Source: an uncultured Anaerolineaceae bacterium
GTDB lineage: Bacteria > Chloroflexota > Limnocylindria > Limnocylindrales > CSP1-4
Reading direction: 5' to 3'
DNA: 64,000 nt
Assembly: GCA_964529245.1 (NCBI GenBank)
Contig: CAZGUS010000001.1
Span: 6,617 to 70,616, forward strand
Made by a program: the position numbers and the translations under genes. The first letter of the stretch is position 1; every line of letters starts with the position of its first letter. Shown here one piece after another: positions 56,970 to 64,000 of this stretch. Below the pieces are notes generated by a model that was not told where the DNA came from, did no database searches, and saw only the letters and a list, made by a program, of their open reading frames with translations.

Positions 56970-58168
56970 CGAGCGGCTCCTGCCCTGGCGGCGCCTGCCT
57001 TCGCGGCCAGCGGCGCCACGACGGCGCGGGTCCGCTTCACGGCCTCGACGATGTTCTCGCGCGAGTTGGCATAGCTGAACCGCAGATGGTTGGTGCCGAC
57101 GTGTCCGAAGGCCGTTCCGGCCAGAGCTGAGACGCCGCCCTCGTGGAGCAGCCGGTCGGCCAGCTCGGCTCCGCTCAGGCCGGTCCCGGAGATGTCGGGG
57201 AAGGCGTAGAAGGCGCCGGCCGGCCGGAGGCACGTGACGCCCGGGATGGAGTTGAGGCCGTCGACGATGAGATCGCGTCGGACCCGGAACTCCTCGACCA
57301 TCGCGGCCACGGAATCCTGCGGACCGGTCAACGCCTCGACCCCGGCCCATTGCGTCGCCGCGTTGGTGCAGCTGACGCTGTTGACGATCAGCCGGCTGAA
57401 GGGCGTCACCAGCTTCTCGGGCACGATGGCGTAGCCCAGCCGCCAGCCGGTCATGGCGTAGGTCTTGGAGAAGCCGTCCAGGACGATGGTGCGATCGACC
57501 ATACCCGGCAGCGAGGCGATCGAGACGTGCTCGCCCTCATAGAGGATCCGGCCGTAGATCTCGTCGGCGAGGACGACCAGGTCATGCTCGATCGCGACGG
57601 CGGCGATCTGCTCGAGGTCCTCGCGGGTCGAGACGCCGCCGGTCGGGTTGGCCGGCGAGTTGATGATCAGCAGACGAGTGCGGCTAGTCACAAGCGAGGC
57701 CAGTTCCGCGGGGTCGAGGCGGAAGCCGTTCTCCTGGCGGATGGGACACGCGACCGCCTTGCCGCCCACGTAGTCGATCATCGATTCGTAGATCGGGAAG
57801 CCCGGGTCCGGGTAGATGACCTCGTCGCCCTCCTCGATCAGGGCGAGCATGGTGAAGAACATCACCGGCTTGCCGCCGGGGACGACGACGACCCGCTCGG
57901 GCGATACGGTGAAGTGCTTGCGAGCCGTGGCGTCGGCGGCGATGGCGGCACGCAGTTCGGGGATGCCGACCGTGGGCGAGTAGTGGGTCGCGCCGCGGTC
58001 GAGCGCGCGCTTGGCCGCGTCGCGGATGTTGGCGGGCGTGTCGAAGTCGGGTTCGCCGATCTCGAGGTGGATGACCGACCGACCGGTGGCCTCCAGGGCC
58101 CTGGCTCGCGCCGCGGCCTCGAAGGCCGTCTCGGTCCCAATGCGATCCATGCGCGCCGCGAGCCTCAT
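56966..58168 (-). CDS. PLP-dependent aminotransferase class I (AspAT-like)
   Basis: NSPANPTG, a SKTYAMTGWRLGY lysine block, and a C-terminal R. RBS CAGGAGAC lies before the ATG at 58168. Confidence 0.85.
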   Translation of the reverse strand: MRLAARMDRIGTETAFEAAARARALEATGRSVIHLEIGEPDFDTPANIRDAAKRALDRGATHYSPTVGIPELRAAIAADATARKHFTVSPERVVVVPGGKPVMFFTMLALIEEGDEVIYPDPGFPIYESMIDYVGGKAVACPIRQENGFRLDPAELASLVTSRTRLLIINSPANPTGGVSTREDLEQIAAVAIEHDLVVLADEIYGRILYEGEHVSIASLPGMVDRTIVLDGFSKTYAMTGWRLGYAIVPEKLVTPFSRLIVNSVSCTNAATQWAGVEALTGPQDSVAAMVEEFRVRRDLIVDGLNSIPGVTCLRPAGAFYAFPDISGTGLSGAELADRLLHEGGVSALAGTAFGHVGTNHLRFSYANSRENIVEAVKRTRAVVAPLAAKAGAARAGAAR

Positions 58169-58381
58169 GGCCGTCTCCTGTGTCGCTGGGGTCGGCCGGG
58201 CCGCGCGCTTGCTCGCGCGCCGACGGCCGACGGGTCCGATTTGCCCGAGCATGGTCCCGGGTATGGCGCAAATCAAGTTCAGCTTCCTCATGAAACCGTG
58301 AAGGCGAGCTAATCTATTGGCCGGCACTCTCAGGCCGGCGTGGTGGCCGGCCGGCTCGTCGCGACGACGGAGTGGAAACAG

Positions 58382-59380
58382 ATGCTCGGCGTGTGGCGGT
58401 TGCAGCTCCTGCGCGAGATCTCGCGCCGAGGGTCCATCAGGGCCGCGGCCGAGGCCATGAGCATTACGCCGTCGGCGGTCAGTCAGCAGCTGGCCATCCT
58501 CGAGCGCGAGGCCGGCGTCGAGCTGCTGGAGAAGAGCGGCCGGCGCGTTCGCCTGACCGACGCCGCTGTGCTGCTGGTCCGCCATGCCGACACGATCACC
58601 GGCGCGATTGCCGCCGCCGAGGCGGACCTGGCTTCGATGCAGCAGCTGGTCACCGGAACGCTGCGCGTCGCCGCCTTTCCGACGGCCGCCCGCGCCATCC
58701 TGCCGTCCGTGATGACCGCCCTCAGCCGGCAGCATCCGGCGCTGCGGGTCACTCTCCGGGATCTCGAGGCGGCGGAGAGCCTGACCGCGCTCCAGATGGA
58801 CGAGATAGATCTTGCGATCGTCGACGAGTACGACGAGCCGGCGCGAGTCTCCGACGCCGGCCTCGAGTTCTGCGAGTTCATGCGAGACTCGCTCTACCTG
58901 GCTCTGCCTCCGCAGGAGGCAGGCGCCCCCGAAACGACCGAGCCGGCCAACACCGTCGACCGCGCGGCCGTTCGGCTGTCCGACCTTCGTGACGCGTTCT
59001 GGATCATGGACACCGAAGACAGCCATCTCGGCCAGGTGACGCTGCGGGCCTGCCGTTCGAGCGGCTTCGAGCCGCACGTTCGATCCAACTGCAAGGACTT
59101 CAGCGTCATCATCGCCCTGGTGGAAGCCGGGCTGGGCGTGGGCATGCTGCCCGGTCTGGCGATCCACGACCGGCCGGTGCGGGCCTCGATCCATCCGACC
59201 GAGCCGCCGCTCGCCCGCCGAATCGCCTCGGTCATCCGCCCCGAGCGTCGCTCCCACCCGATGATCGTCTCCGCTCTGGCCGAGCTTGAGCGATTCGGCG
59301 CCGCATACCAGGAGCCACATGCCGCGCGCAGCCCGTCGCCGCGCCGCTCGTCGAGCGGCCCGGCCAGTGAGTTCGGGTAG
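58382..59380 (+). CDS. LysR-family transcriptional regulator, divergent from the aminotransferase operon
   Basis: HTH LLREISRRGSIRAAAEAMSITPSAVSQQLAILERE and a LysR substrate-binding domain. Confidence 0.8.
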   Translation: MLGVWRLQLLREISRRGSIRAAAEAMSITPSAVSQQLAILEREAGVELLEKSGRRVRLTDAAVLLVRHADTITGAIAAAEADLASMQQLVTGTLRVAAFPTAARAILPSVMTALSRQHPALRVTLRDLEAAESLTALQMDEIDLAIVDEYDEPARVSDAGLEFCEFMRDSLYLALPPQEAGAPETTEPANTVDRAAVRLSDLRDAFWIMDTEDSHLGQVTLRACRSSGFEPHVRSNCKDFSVIIALVEAGLGVGMLPGLAIHDRPVRASIHPTEPPLARRIASVIRPERRSHPMIVSALAELERFGAAYQEPHAARSPSPRRSSSGPASEFG

Positions 59381-59688
59381 GCGCCGTCTCGCCCGGCGGT
59401 ACTCCGAGCCGTGTCAAAGCCGCGGACATGGCCGGCGCTCAGCCAGACCTAAGGTACGTTCCGGTTATTGCCGTGCATTCCACGGTCGGGAGCGCGTATT
59501 CCGGCGAAGCGTTAGGATATTGGGGTAGCCAGCCTGTGCAGACGGGGTTCAGGCCCTGTTGCGGGGAAGCGCCATGCTGGATGCGGAAACCCGTAGACTA
59601 TTACTTAGCAAATCCCTATGCGGCCCCGACGCTCCCCCTCGCGCCGGGGCCGCTTTCTATCTGCCACGTAGTCTGAATCGCCGGCCGG

Positions 59689-61686
59689 CTACGGCGCGAG
59701 CGTCGGCGAGGTGGTGGGTGCGATCGTCGGCGAGGGAGAGGGCGCGACGGACGGCGCGGCGGTTGCTGCCGGGGGCGCGCCGCAGGCGTAGTAGGGGTGC
59801 AGCAGCGACGACGTGCACACCTGGTATTGAGCGGCCGGGTCTGTCGAGCTGGTGTGGTCCGGGCCGAAGAACGGAAAGGCGCCCAGCATAGCGATGACCA
59901 GGTAGACGACCAGGAGGACCAGCGGGTTGACCCGCTTGAGCAGCCACCACGTCCCCACCACCAGCCCGAGAGCCAGCGCGCCCGGGAAGAGGGGATCGAG
60001 GATCGCCGCCTGCAGGTTCAGCCTGGCGCCGTAGATGTCCACCGTCGGTGCCAGGTTGACCACCACGAACGTCGCCGCGAGCGCGCCAAGGACCATGTTC
60101 CCGAGCACCCCGGCCCCGACCAAGACCCGATCGATGGTGCCCGACTTGAGGATGTCGATGACCAGGGAGCGGCCGCGGGCGTAGCCCGTCATCCAGGCCG
60201 TGTAGCCGATCGCCACGATCACGATCGAGACGAGGACGACGTAGATGATCGCGCCGAGCGGATTACCGGTGGCGCCGCTTATCGTCGGTACCGCCGATCC
60301 GGTCACCGTCCCGCCGGCGATTCCGATGCCGAGCGCCAGCAGAATCGGCGTGATCGTGCTCTGGCTCAGCGTGTCGCCGATGCCCGCAAGGGGCCCCATC
60401 AGCCCGGACTTGACCGCGTTGATCGCGTCGTCGTCGATGGCGGCTCCATTGGCCCGCTGCTCCTCCATGGCGATGACGGTGCCGTGGACGATGTTGCCGA
60501 AGTTAGGCTCGGTGTTGAAGAAGACCAGGTGGCGTTTGAGCGCCGCCCGGATGTCGTCGTCGGTGTGGTAGAGGCGGCGGATGATCGGCGTCATGGCGTG
60601 GGCGAAGCCGGTGCCCTGCAGCCGTTCGTAGTTGTAGTTTGCGTGGGCGAAGAAGGTCCAGAGCACCCACGACCGGATCAGGTCGCCTCGCGTCACGCGG
60701 ACGGCCGAGCCGGCGGCCGGGGCCGAAGGCGCAGCTGCGGCCGATGCTTCGACCGCCTCGGCGCCCGCCGCCTCCGCGCCCGCCGCCTCCGCCTGTACCA
60801 CCGACCGGGCGGGCGCGACGCCGCCGACGAAGTTCAGGTGCAGGTACGCCAGCGCCAGGCCGAGCGCCGCAATGACGACCAGCGACATCGAGCCGTGGGT
60901 CGCGGTCATCAGGATGAAGCCGATGAAGAAGTACGGGATGGCCGCGCCGCGGAAGATGAAGCGCATGTTGAGAGCGATGCCGATTGCCGGCAGGATGCCG
61001 CCGGCGATCACTAGTCCGTTCACAGTCCAGGCGGGCAGGCGGTTGAGTGCGTCCTGGACGTAGGTTGGGCCGTTGAGCGCGAACAGGAACACCGGCACGA
61101 AGCTGATGACAAAGAGCAGAGATTGCCCCGGCAGCCAGTTCATCAGGGCGACGCCGGATATGTCGGCCTTCTCGGCGCGTGCGTCGGCCCAGTGGGCGAA
61201 GACGGCGTCGACCGCCATCCGACCGTAGAAGATGATCGTGCCGAGCAAGCCAAGGCCGAAAGCTATCGGTATCGCCTTGGTCGGATCGAGTCCGCCGGCG
61301 AGCGCGATCGTGGTTCCAACCCAGCCCGCGAACGACGCGTCGGCCGGGAGATTGCCGCCGGCCGAGATGAAGCCGAGGTACGGCACGTTGATGGCCGCGC
61401 CGATGAGCGTGCCCTGCGCGGGATCGCCCAGGATGCAACCGACGAAGAAGCCGGCGACGAGCGGCCGGTACAGAGTGAAGAAGGCCAGGCCGAACAGCCA
61501 GGGGCTGTTGGCCAGGTAGTAGCCGATGGCGATGAGGGCGGCCTGCCAGGCGGCCACGGTGATCTTGCCCGTGTCGGGCGAGGCGGCGGCCTGTCCAGCG
61601 GCGCCCAGCACCGTTCCCGGCATCGCGCCGGCCAGCAGCGCGACCACCATCAGCCCTGCGCCGACCGCCGCGAACTTCCTGTACAT
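59689..61686 (-). CDS. PTS mannose/fructose/sorbose-family IIC-IID fusion with a Pro-rich C-terminal tail
   Basis: IIC-type N-terminal helices. The IID signature is WTFFAHANYNYERLQGTGFAHAM...LVFFNTEP. Confidence 0.75.
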   Translation of the reverse strand: MYRKFAAVGAGLMVVALLAGAMPGTVLGAAGQAAASPDTGKITVAAWQAALIAIGYYLANSPWLFGLAFFTLYRPLVAGFFVGCILGDPAQGTLIGAAINVPYLGFISAGGNLPADASFAGWVGTTIALAGGLDPTKAIPIAFGLGLLGTIIFYGRMAVDAVFAHWADARAEKADISGVALMNWLPGQSLLFVISFVPVFLFALNGPTYVQDALNRLPAWTVNGLVIAGGILPAIGIALNMRFIFRGAAIPYFFIGFILMTATHGSMSLVVIAALGLALAYLHLNFVGGVAPARSVVQAEAAGAEAAGAEAVEASAAAAPSAPAAGSAVRVTRGDLIRSWVLWTFFAHANYNYERLQGTGFAHAMTPIIRRLYHTDDDIRAALKRHLVFFNTEPNFGNIVHGTVIAMEEQRANGAAIDDDAINAVKSGLMGPLAGIGDTLSQSTITPILLALGIGIAGGTVTGSAVPTISGATGNPLGAIIYVVLVSIVIVAIGYTAWMTGYARGRSLVIDILKSGTIDRVLVGAGVLGNMVLGALAATFVVVNLAPTVDIYGARLNLQAAILDPLFPGALALGLVVGTWWLLKRVNPLVLLVVYLVIAMLGAFPFFGPDHTSSTDPAAQYQVCTSSLLHPYYACGAPPAATAAPSVAPSPSPTIAPTTSPTLAP

Positions 61687-61728
61687 GCGTTTCCTCCATG
61701 CGCCGGGCGCTCGTCCCGGACGGCCGGC

Positions 61729-62217
61729 TCAGTTGCCCGTATCGATCGATCGGAACGCGATCGGCCGATCGTCGGCGACGATCTGGATCTCCACCCGCGT
61801 TCCCATTTGCTCCAGCTCCCGCAACTCCCGCAGCTCGTCCGAGCTGACCGAGATCGTCTTGTGGAGGCGCCGCCGACCCGGACCGGCCCCCATGCCGCCG
61901 AGATCGACAACGTCTATCGGGACGCCGGCGTGCCGAAGGGCCAGCACGGTTCGGGGCATGCGCGCCAGAACCATGACCGGCTCCGGCGTGGCGGCGAGTT
62001 CGATCAGGCGAACGGCGCCGTCGGCCACGCCGCAGACCTCGACAGGGACGCCTTGCGGCGCCGCCAGCGTCAGGACCTCGCGCATGAACTCGTCGCGCGC
62101 CGTTGCCTCGTCGACGATCACGATCCGCCGGGCGCCGAGAGCTCGCAGCCAGCCGGCCACGACCTGGCCGTGGATCAGGCGGTCGTCGATGCGGACAAGG
62201 CGGAGGCTCACCGGCAA
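61729..62217 (-). CDS. PTS mannose-family IIB component
   Basis: RIDDRLIHGQV phosphorylation-site motif. Confidence 0.8.
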   Translation of the reverse strand: MPVSLRLVRIDDRLIHGQVVAGWLRALGARRIVIVDEATARDEFMREVLTLAAPQGVPVEVCGVADGAVRLIELAATPEPVMVLARMPRTVLALRHAGVPIDVVDLGGMGAGPGRRRLHKTISVSSDELRELRELEQMGTRVEIQIVADDRPIAFRSIDTGN

Positions 62218-62227
62218 GGATGGGCGG

Positions 62228-62635
62228 TCAGGAGACGCGGCGGGCGCGGTGGCGCTCAGTCTCGACGATGCCGCTCCGGCCCACCTCGACCAATCGTTCG
62301 ATCAGGTCGTCGTCGAGCGCGGCGTCGGACAGAGCGGCCTCGACGACCATCGCCAGGTTGACGCCGGCCACGCAGACCACGCGCGGCGAGCGGCGCGCGA
62401 TGGCGGAGGCGACGTTGAACGGCGTCCCGCCCAGCAGGTCGGCGAACACCAGGACGGGCCGGTGGTCTCGTCCGATCGCGGCGCGCAGGCTGTCGGCGTA
62501 GTGGTCGGGCGTCTCGGTGGGCTCGAGGCCGACGGCGGTCATATCGGGGATGCGGCCGCAGATCAGCTCGGCAGTAGCCAGCACAGCGGCAGGCAGTGTG
62601 CCATGACCCGCGATCACTATCCGAAACGACCGCAC
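62228..62635 (-). CDS. PTS mannose-family IIA component
   Basis: IVIAGHGTLPAAVLATAELICG fits the EIIA-Man fold. The GTG at 62635 is preceded by GGAGG. Confidence 0.7.
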   Translation of the reverse strand: MRSFRIVIAGHGTLPAAVLATAELICGRIPDMTAVGLEPTETPDHYADSLRAAIGRDHRPVLVFADLLGGTPFNVASAIARRSPRVVCVAGVNLAMVVEAALSDAALDDDLIERLVEVGRSGIVETERHRARRVS

Positions 62636-62829
62636 TCGATGCCTCCGCCAGGTGTTTCTGCCAGGGACCAAGATGATCTTGTTTGCCGGCTGCGGCCCGC
62701 CACCGGCGCGTCTTCGTGCGGGGCCGCTGCCAGGACTATCTGCAAGAATTCTCACGACACGGTTTGCAGTGATCGTATTGGCGCTATACTCGTGGCTCGG
62801 GGTTGGGATTGTCAAGCCGAGGGCGACCA

Positions 62830-63834
62830 GTGACCGATGGGATTGCGAGCGTGCCGGAATCCGGGACGGATTCGGACCAGTCGGCGGCCAGCCAGCGCGA
62901 GATGCTTCGGCTGGTGTCCGAGCTCTATTACGTCCGCGGGCTCGGCCAGCCGGAGATCGCGACCCTGACGGGCTTCTCGATCTCCAAGGTGTCGCGCTTG
63001 CTCGCCACCGCCCGGGCCGCGGGAGTCGTCCGAATCTCGGTGGAAGGCGCTCCGCAGGAGCCGGCGCCGCTGGCTCGGGCTCTCTCAGCCGCACTCGGCG
63101 TGGAGGTCTGGGTGACCGCGGGCCACGAGACGGCGCCCGCGCTGGCGGCGCGGCTGTGCGGCATCGCGGCGGCGCCGCGGGTTGCCTCGGAGCTGCCGGC
63201 GGACGGCGCGATCGGGCTGACCGGCGGCTACACGGTCGAATCGCTGGTCGGCGCGCTGCCGGCGGCGAGCCTGCCACGGAGCGTGGTCGTGCCGCTGGTC
63301 GGCGGCTGGGACTCGAGCAACCCGCACCTCAACAGCAACGAGATAGCGCGCCGGCTGGCGGAGCGAATCGGGGCGTCGGTGCGGCTGCTCCACGCGCCAG
63401 GCCTGCTGGACGACGAATCGACGACGGCCGCCCTGCTGGCCGACAGCGCCGTCACGGCCACGACCCGCTTCTGGGGGGAGTTGCGCCTTGCTCTCGTCGG
63501 CATGAGCGGCGCGCCCCGCCATTCGCCCGGGTACGGCACGGTCATGGACCGCCTCGACGACGCGGGGCGAAGCCGCCTGACCGCGCGCGGCGCCGTGGGC
63601 GACGTCGCCGGTCACCTGGTCCGCCTCGACGGTTCGTTCGTCGCCGACGAGTGGGAGCGCCGCACGATCTCCATCCCGATCGAGACTCTGCGCCGCGTGC
63701 CGCGCGTGATCGGCATTGCCGCGGGCTCGAACAAGGTGGAGACGATCGTCGCGGGTGCGCGGACGGGGTTGCTGCACCTGCTCATCACCGACGAACCGAC
63801 GGCAGGCGCCGCTCTCGCGCTCCTGGCCGGCTGA
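62830..63834 (+). CDS. SorC/DeoR-family sugar-binding transcriptional regulator
   Basis: N-terminal HTH (LYYVRGLGQPEIATLTGFSISKVSRLL) and a sugar-phosphate-binding SorC domain. Divergent from the PTS operon. Confidence 0.75.
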   Translation: MTDGIASVPESGTDSDQSAASQREMLRLVSELYYVRGLGQPEIATLTGFSISKVSRLLATARAAGVVRISVEGAPQEPAPLARALSAALGVEVWVTAGHETAPALAARLCGIAAAPRVASELPADGAIGLTGGYTVESLVGALPAASLPRSVVVPLVGGWDSSNPHLNSNEIARRLAERIGASVRLLHAPGLLDDESTTAALLADSAVTATTRFWGELRLALVGMSGAPRHSPGYGTVMDRLDDAGRSRLTARGAVGDVAGHLVRLDGSFVADEWERRTISIPIETLRRVPRVIGIAAGSNKVETIVAGARTGLLHLLITDEPTAGAALALLAG

Positions 63835-63949
63835 CCGTTTCCGCCGCGTCGGCGGCGGCGCTATAGTCCGGTCGAGACGCCGGGCGCGGGGAGGGGTCGG
63901 GAGCGTCGGCGTCGATCGGGCGTGACCCGTGCAGGAGGTTGGGACCAAC

Positions 63950-64000
63950 ATGTCGGAGCCATCGCCGGGCCGCGCCACCGGAGAGGGCAAACGCGGGCGG
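63950..64000 (+). CDS. 5' end of an unidentified gene that continues beyond the window
   Basis: ATG preceded by GCAGGAGG. Only 17 codons are visible. Confidence 0.3.
   Translation, partial: MSEPSPGRATGEGKRGR

Noticed and set aside
54513-57074. 853-aa plus-strand ORF opposite the transketolase-like gene
   Set aside because: Shadow ORF. The minus strand has TPP-enzyme motifs and translational coupling to the aminotransferase.
59797-62833. Several 400-aa ORFs on both strands over the PTS operon
   Set aside because: Arg/Asp/Gly-rich antisense frames. The PTS frames carry diagnostic motifs.

Overview
The window is about 70% GC, with no rRNA, CRISPR array or obvious IS/transposon. By composition it looks like the chromosome of a high-GC bacterium, probably Actinobacteria-like, but that cannot be assigned from sequence alone. 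Nearly all real genes show strong GC3 codon bias. The many long Arg/Pro/Gly-rich ORFs on the opposite strands are shadow ORFs and are listed under noticed_but_rejected.

I can support about 60 protein-coding genes, one tRNA-Thr(CGU), several intrinsic terminators and a few candidate operator or repeat elements. Main content by position:
- 1-11975: HNH endonuclease, CCA-adding enzyme, galE, a degenerate ATP-dependent DNA-ligase-like protein, a compatible-solute-type glycosyltransferase cluster (GT78 mannosylglycerate-synthase-like, USP-USP-GpgS fusion, glycerate kinase) and endonuclease III.
- 12156-14328: an OmpR-type two-component system.
- 15493-16308: a nitrilase/CN-hydrolase.
- 21322-25202: a LuxR-type response regulator next to a roughly 1090-aa CheB-CheR-PAS-histidine-kinase megaprotein.
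- 25449-33284: small membrane or secreted envelope proteins, including a Cys/Thr/Gly-rich repeat protein and a GT4 glycosyltransferase, plus a VIT-family membrane protein, an MBL hydrolase and an alkaline-phosphatase-superfamily protein.
- 34645-37112: a lower-GC island (by eye about 55-60%) carrying higBA and two unknown genes.
- 37113-40813: IclR, an ArsB/NhaD-type permease, USP and a VOC protein.
- 41544-46885: a sugar ABC transporter under a LacI repressor with palindromic operators.
- 46957-51325: a CBM9-like protein, an ECF sigma / anti-sigma (beta-propeller) pair and a secreted protein.
- 51443-54424: flavodoxin, a CoA-binding protein and an orphan beta-class DNA methyltransferase.
- 54594-59380: a LysR-controlled aminotransferase plus transketolase-like operon.
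- 59689-63834: a mannose-family PTS (IIA, IIB, IIC-IID fusion) with a SorC regulator.

Every function call is inferred from motifs read in the translations. No database search was run.
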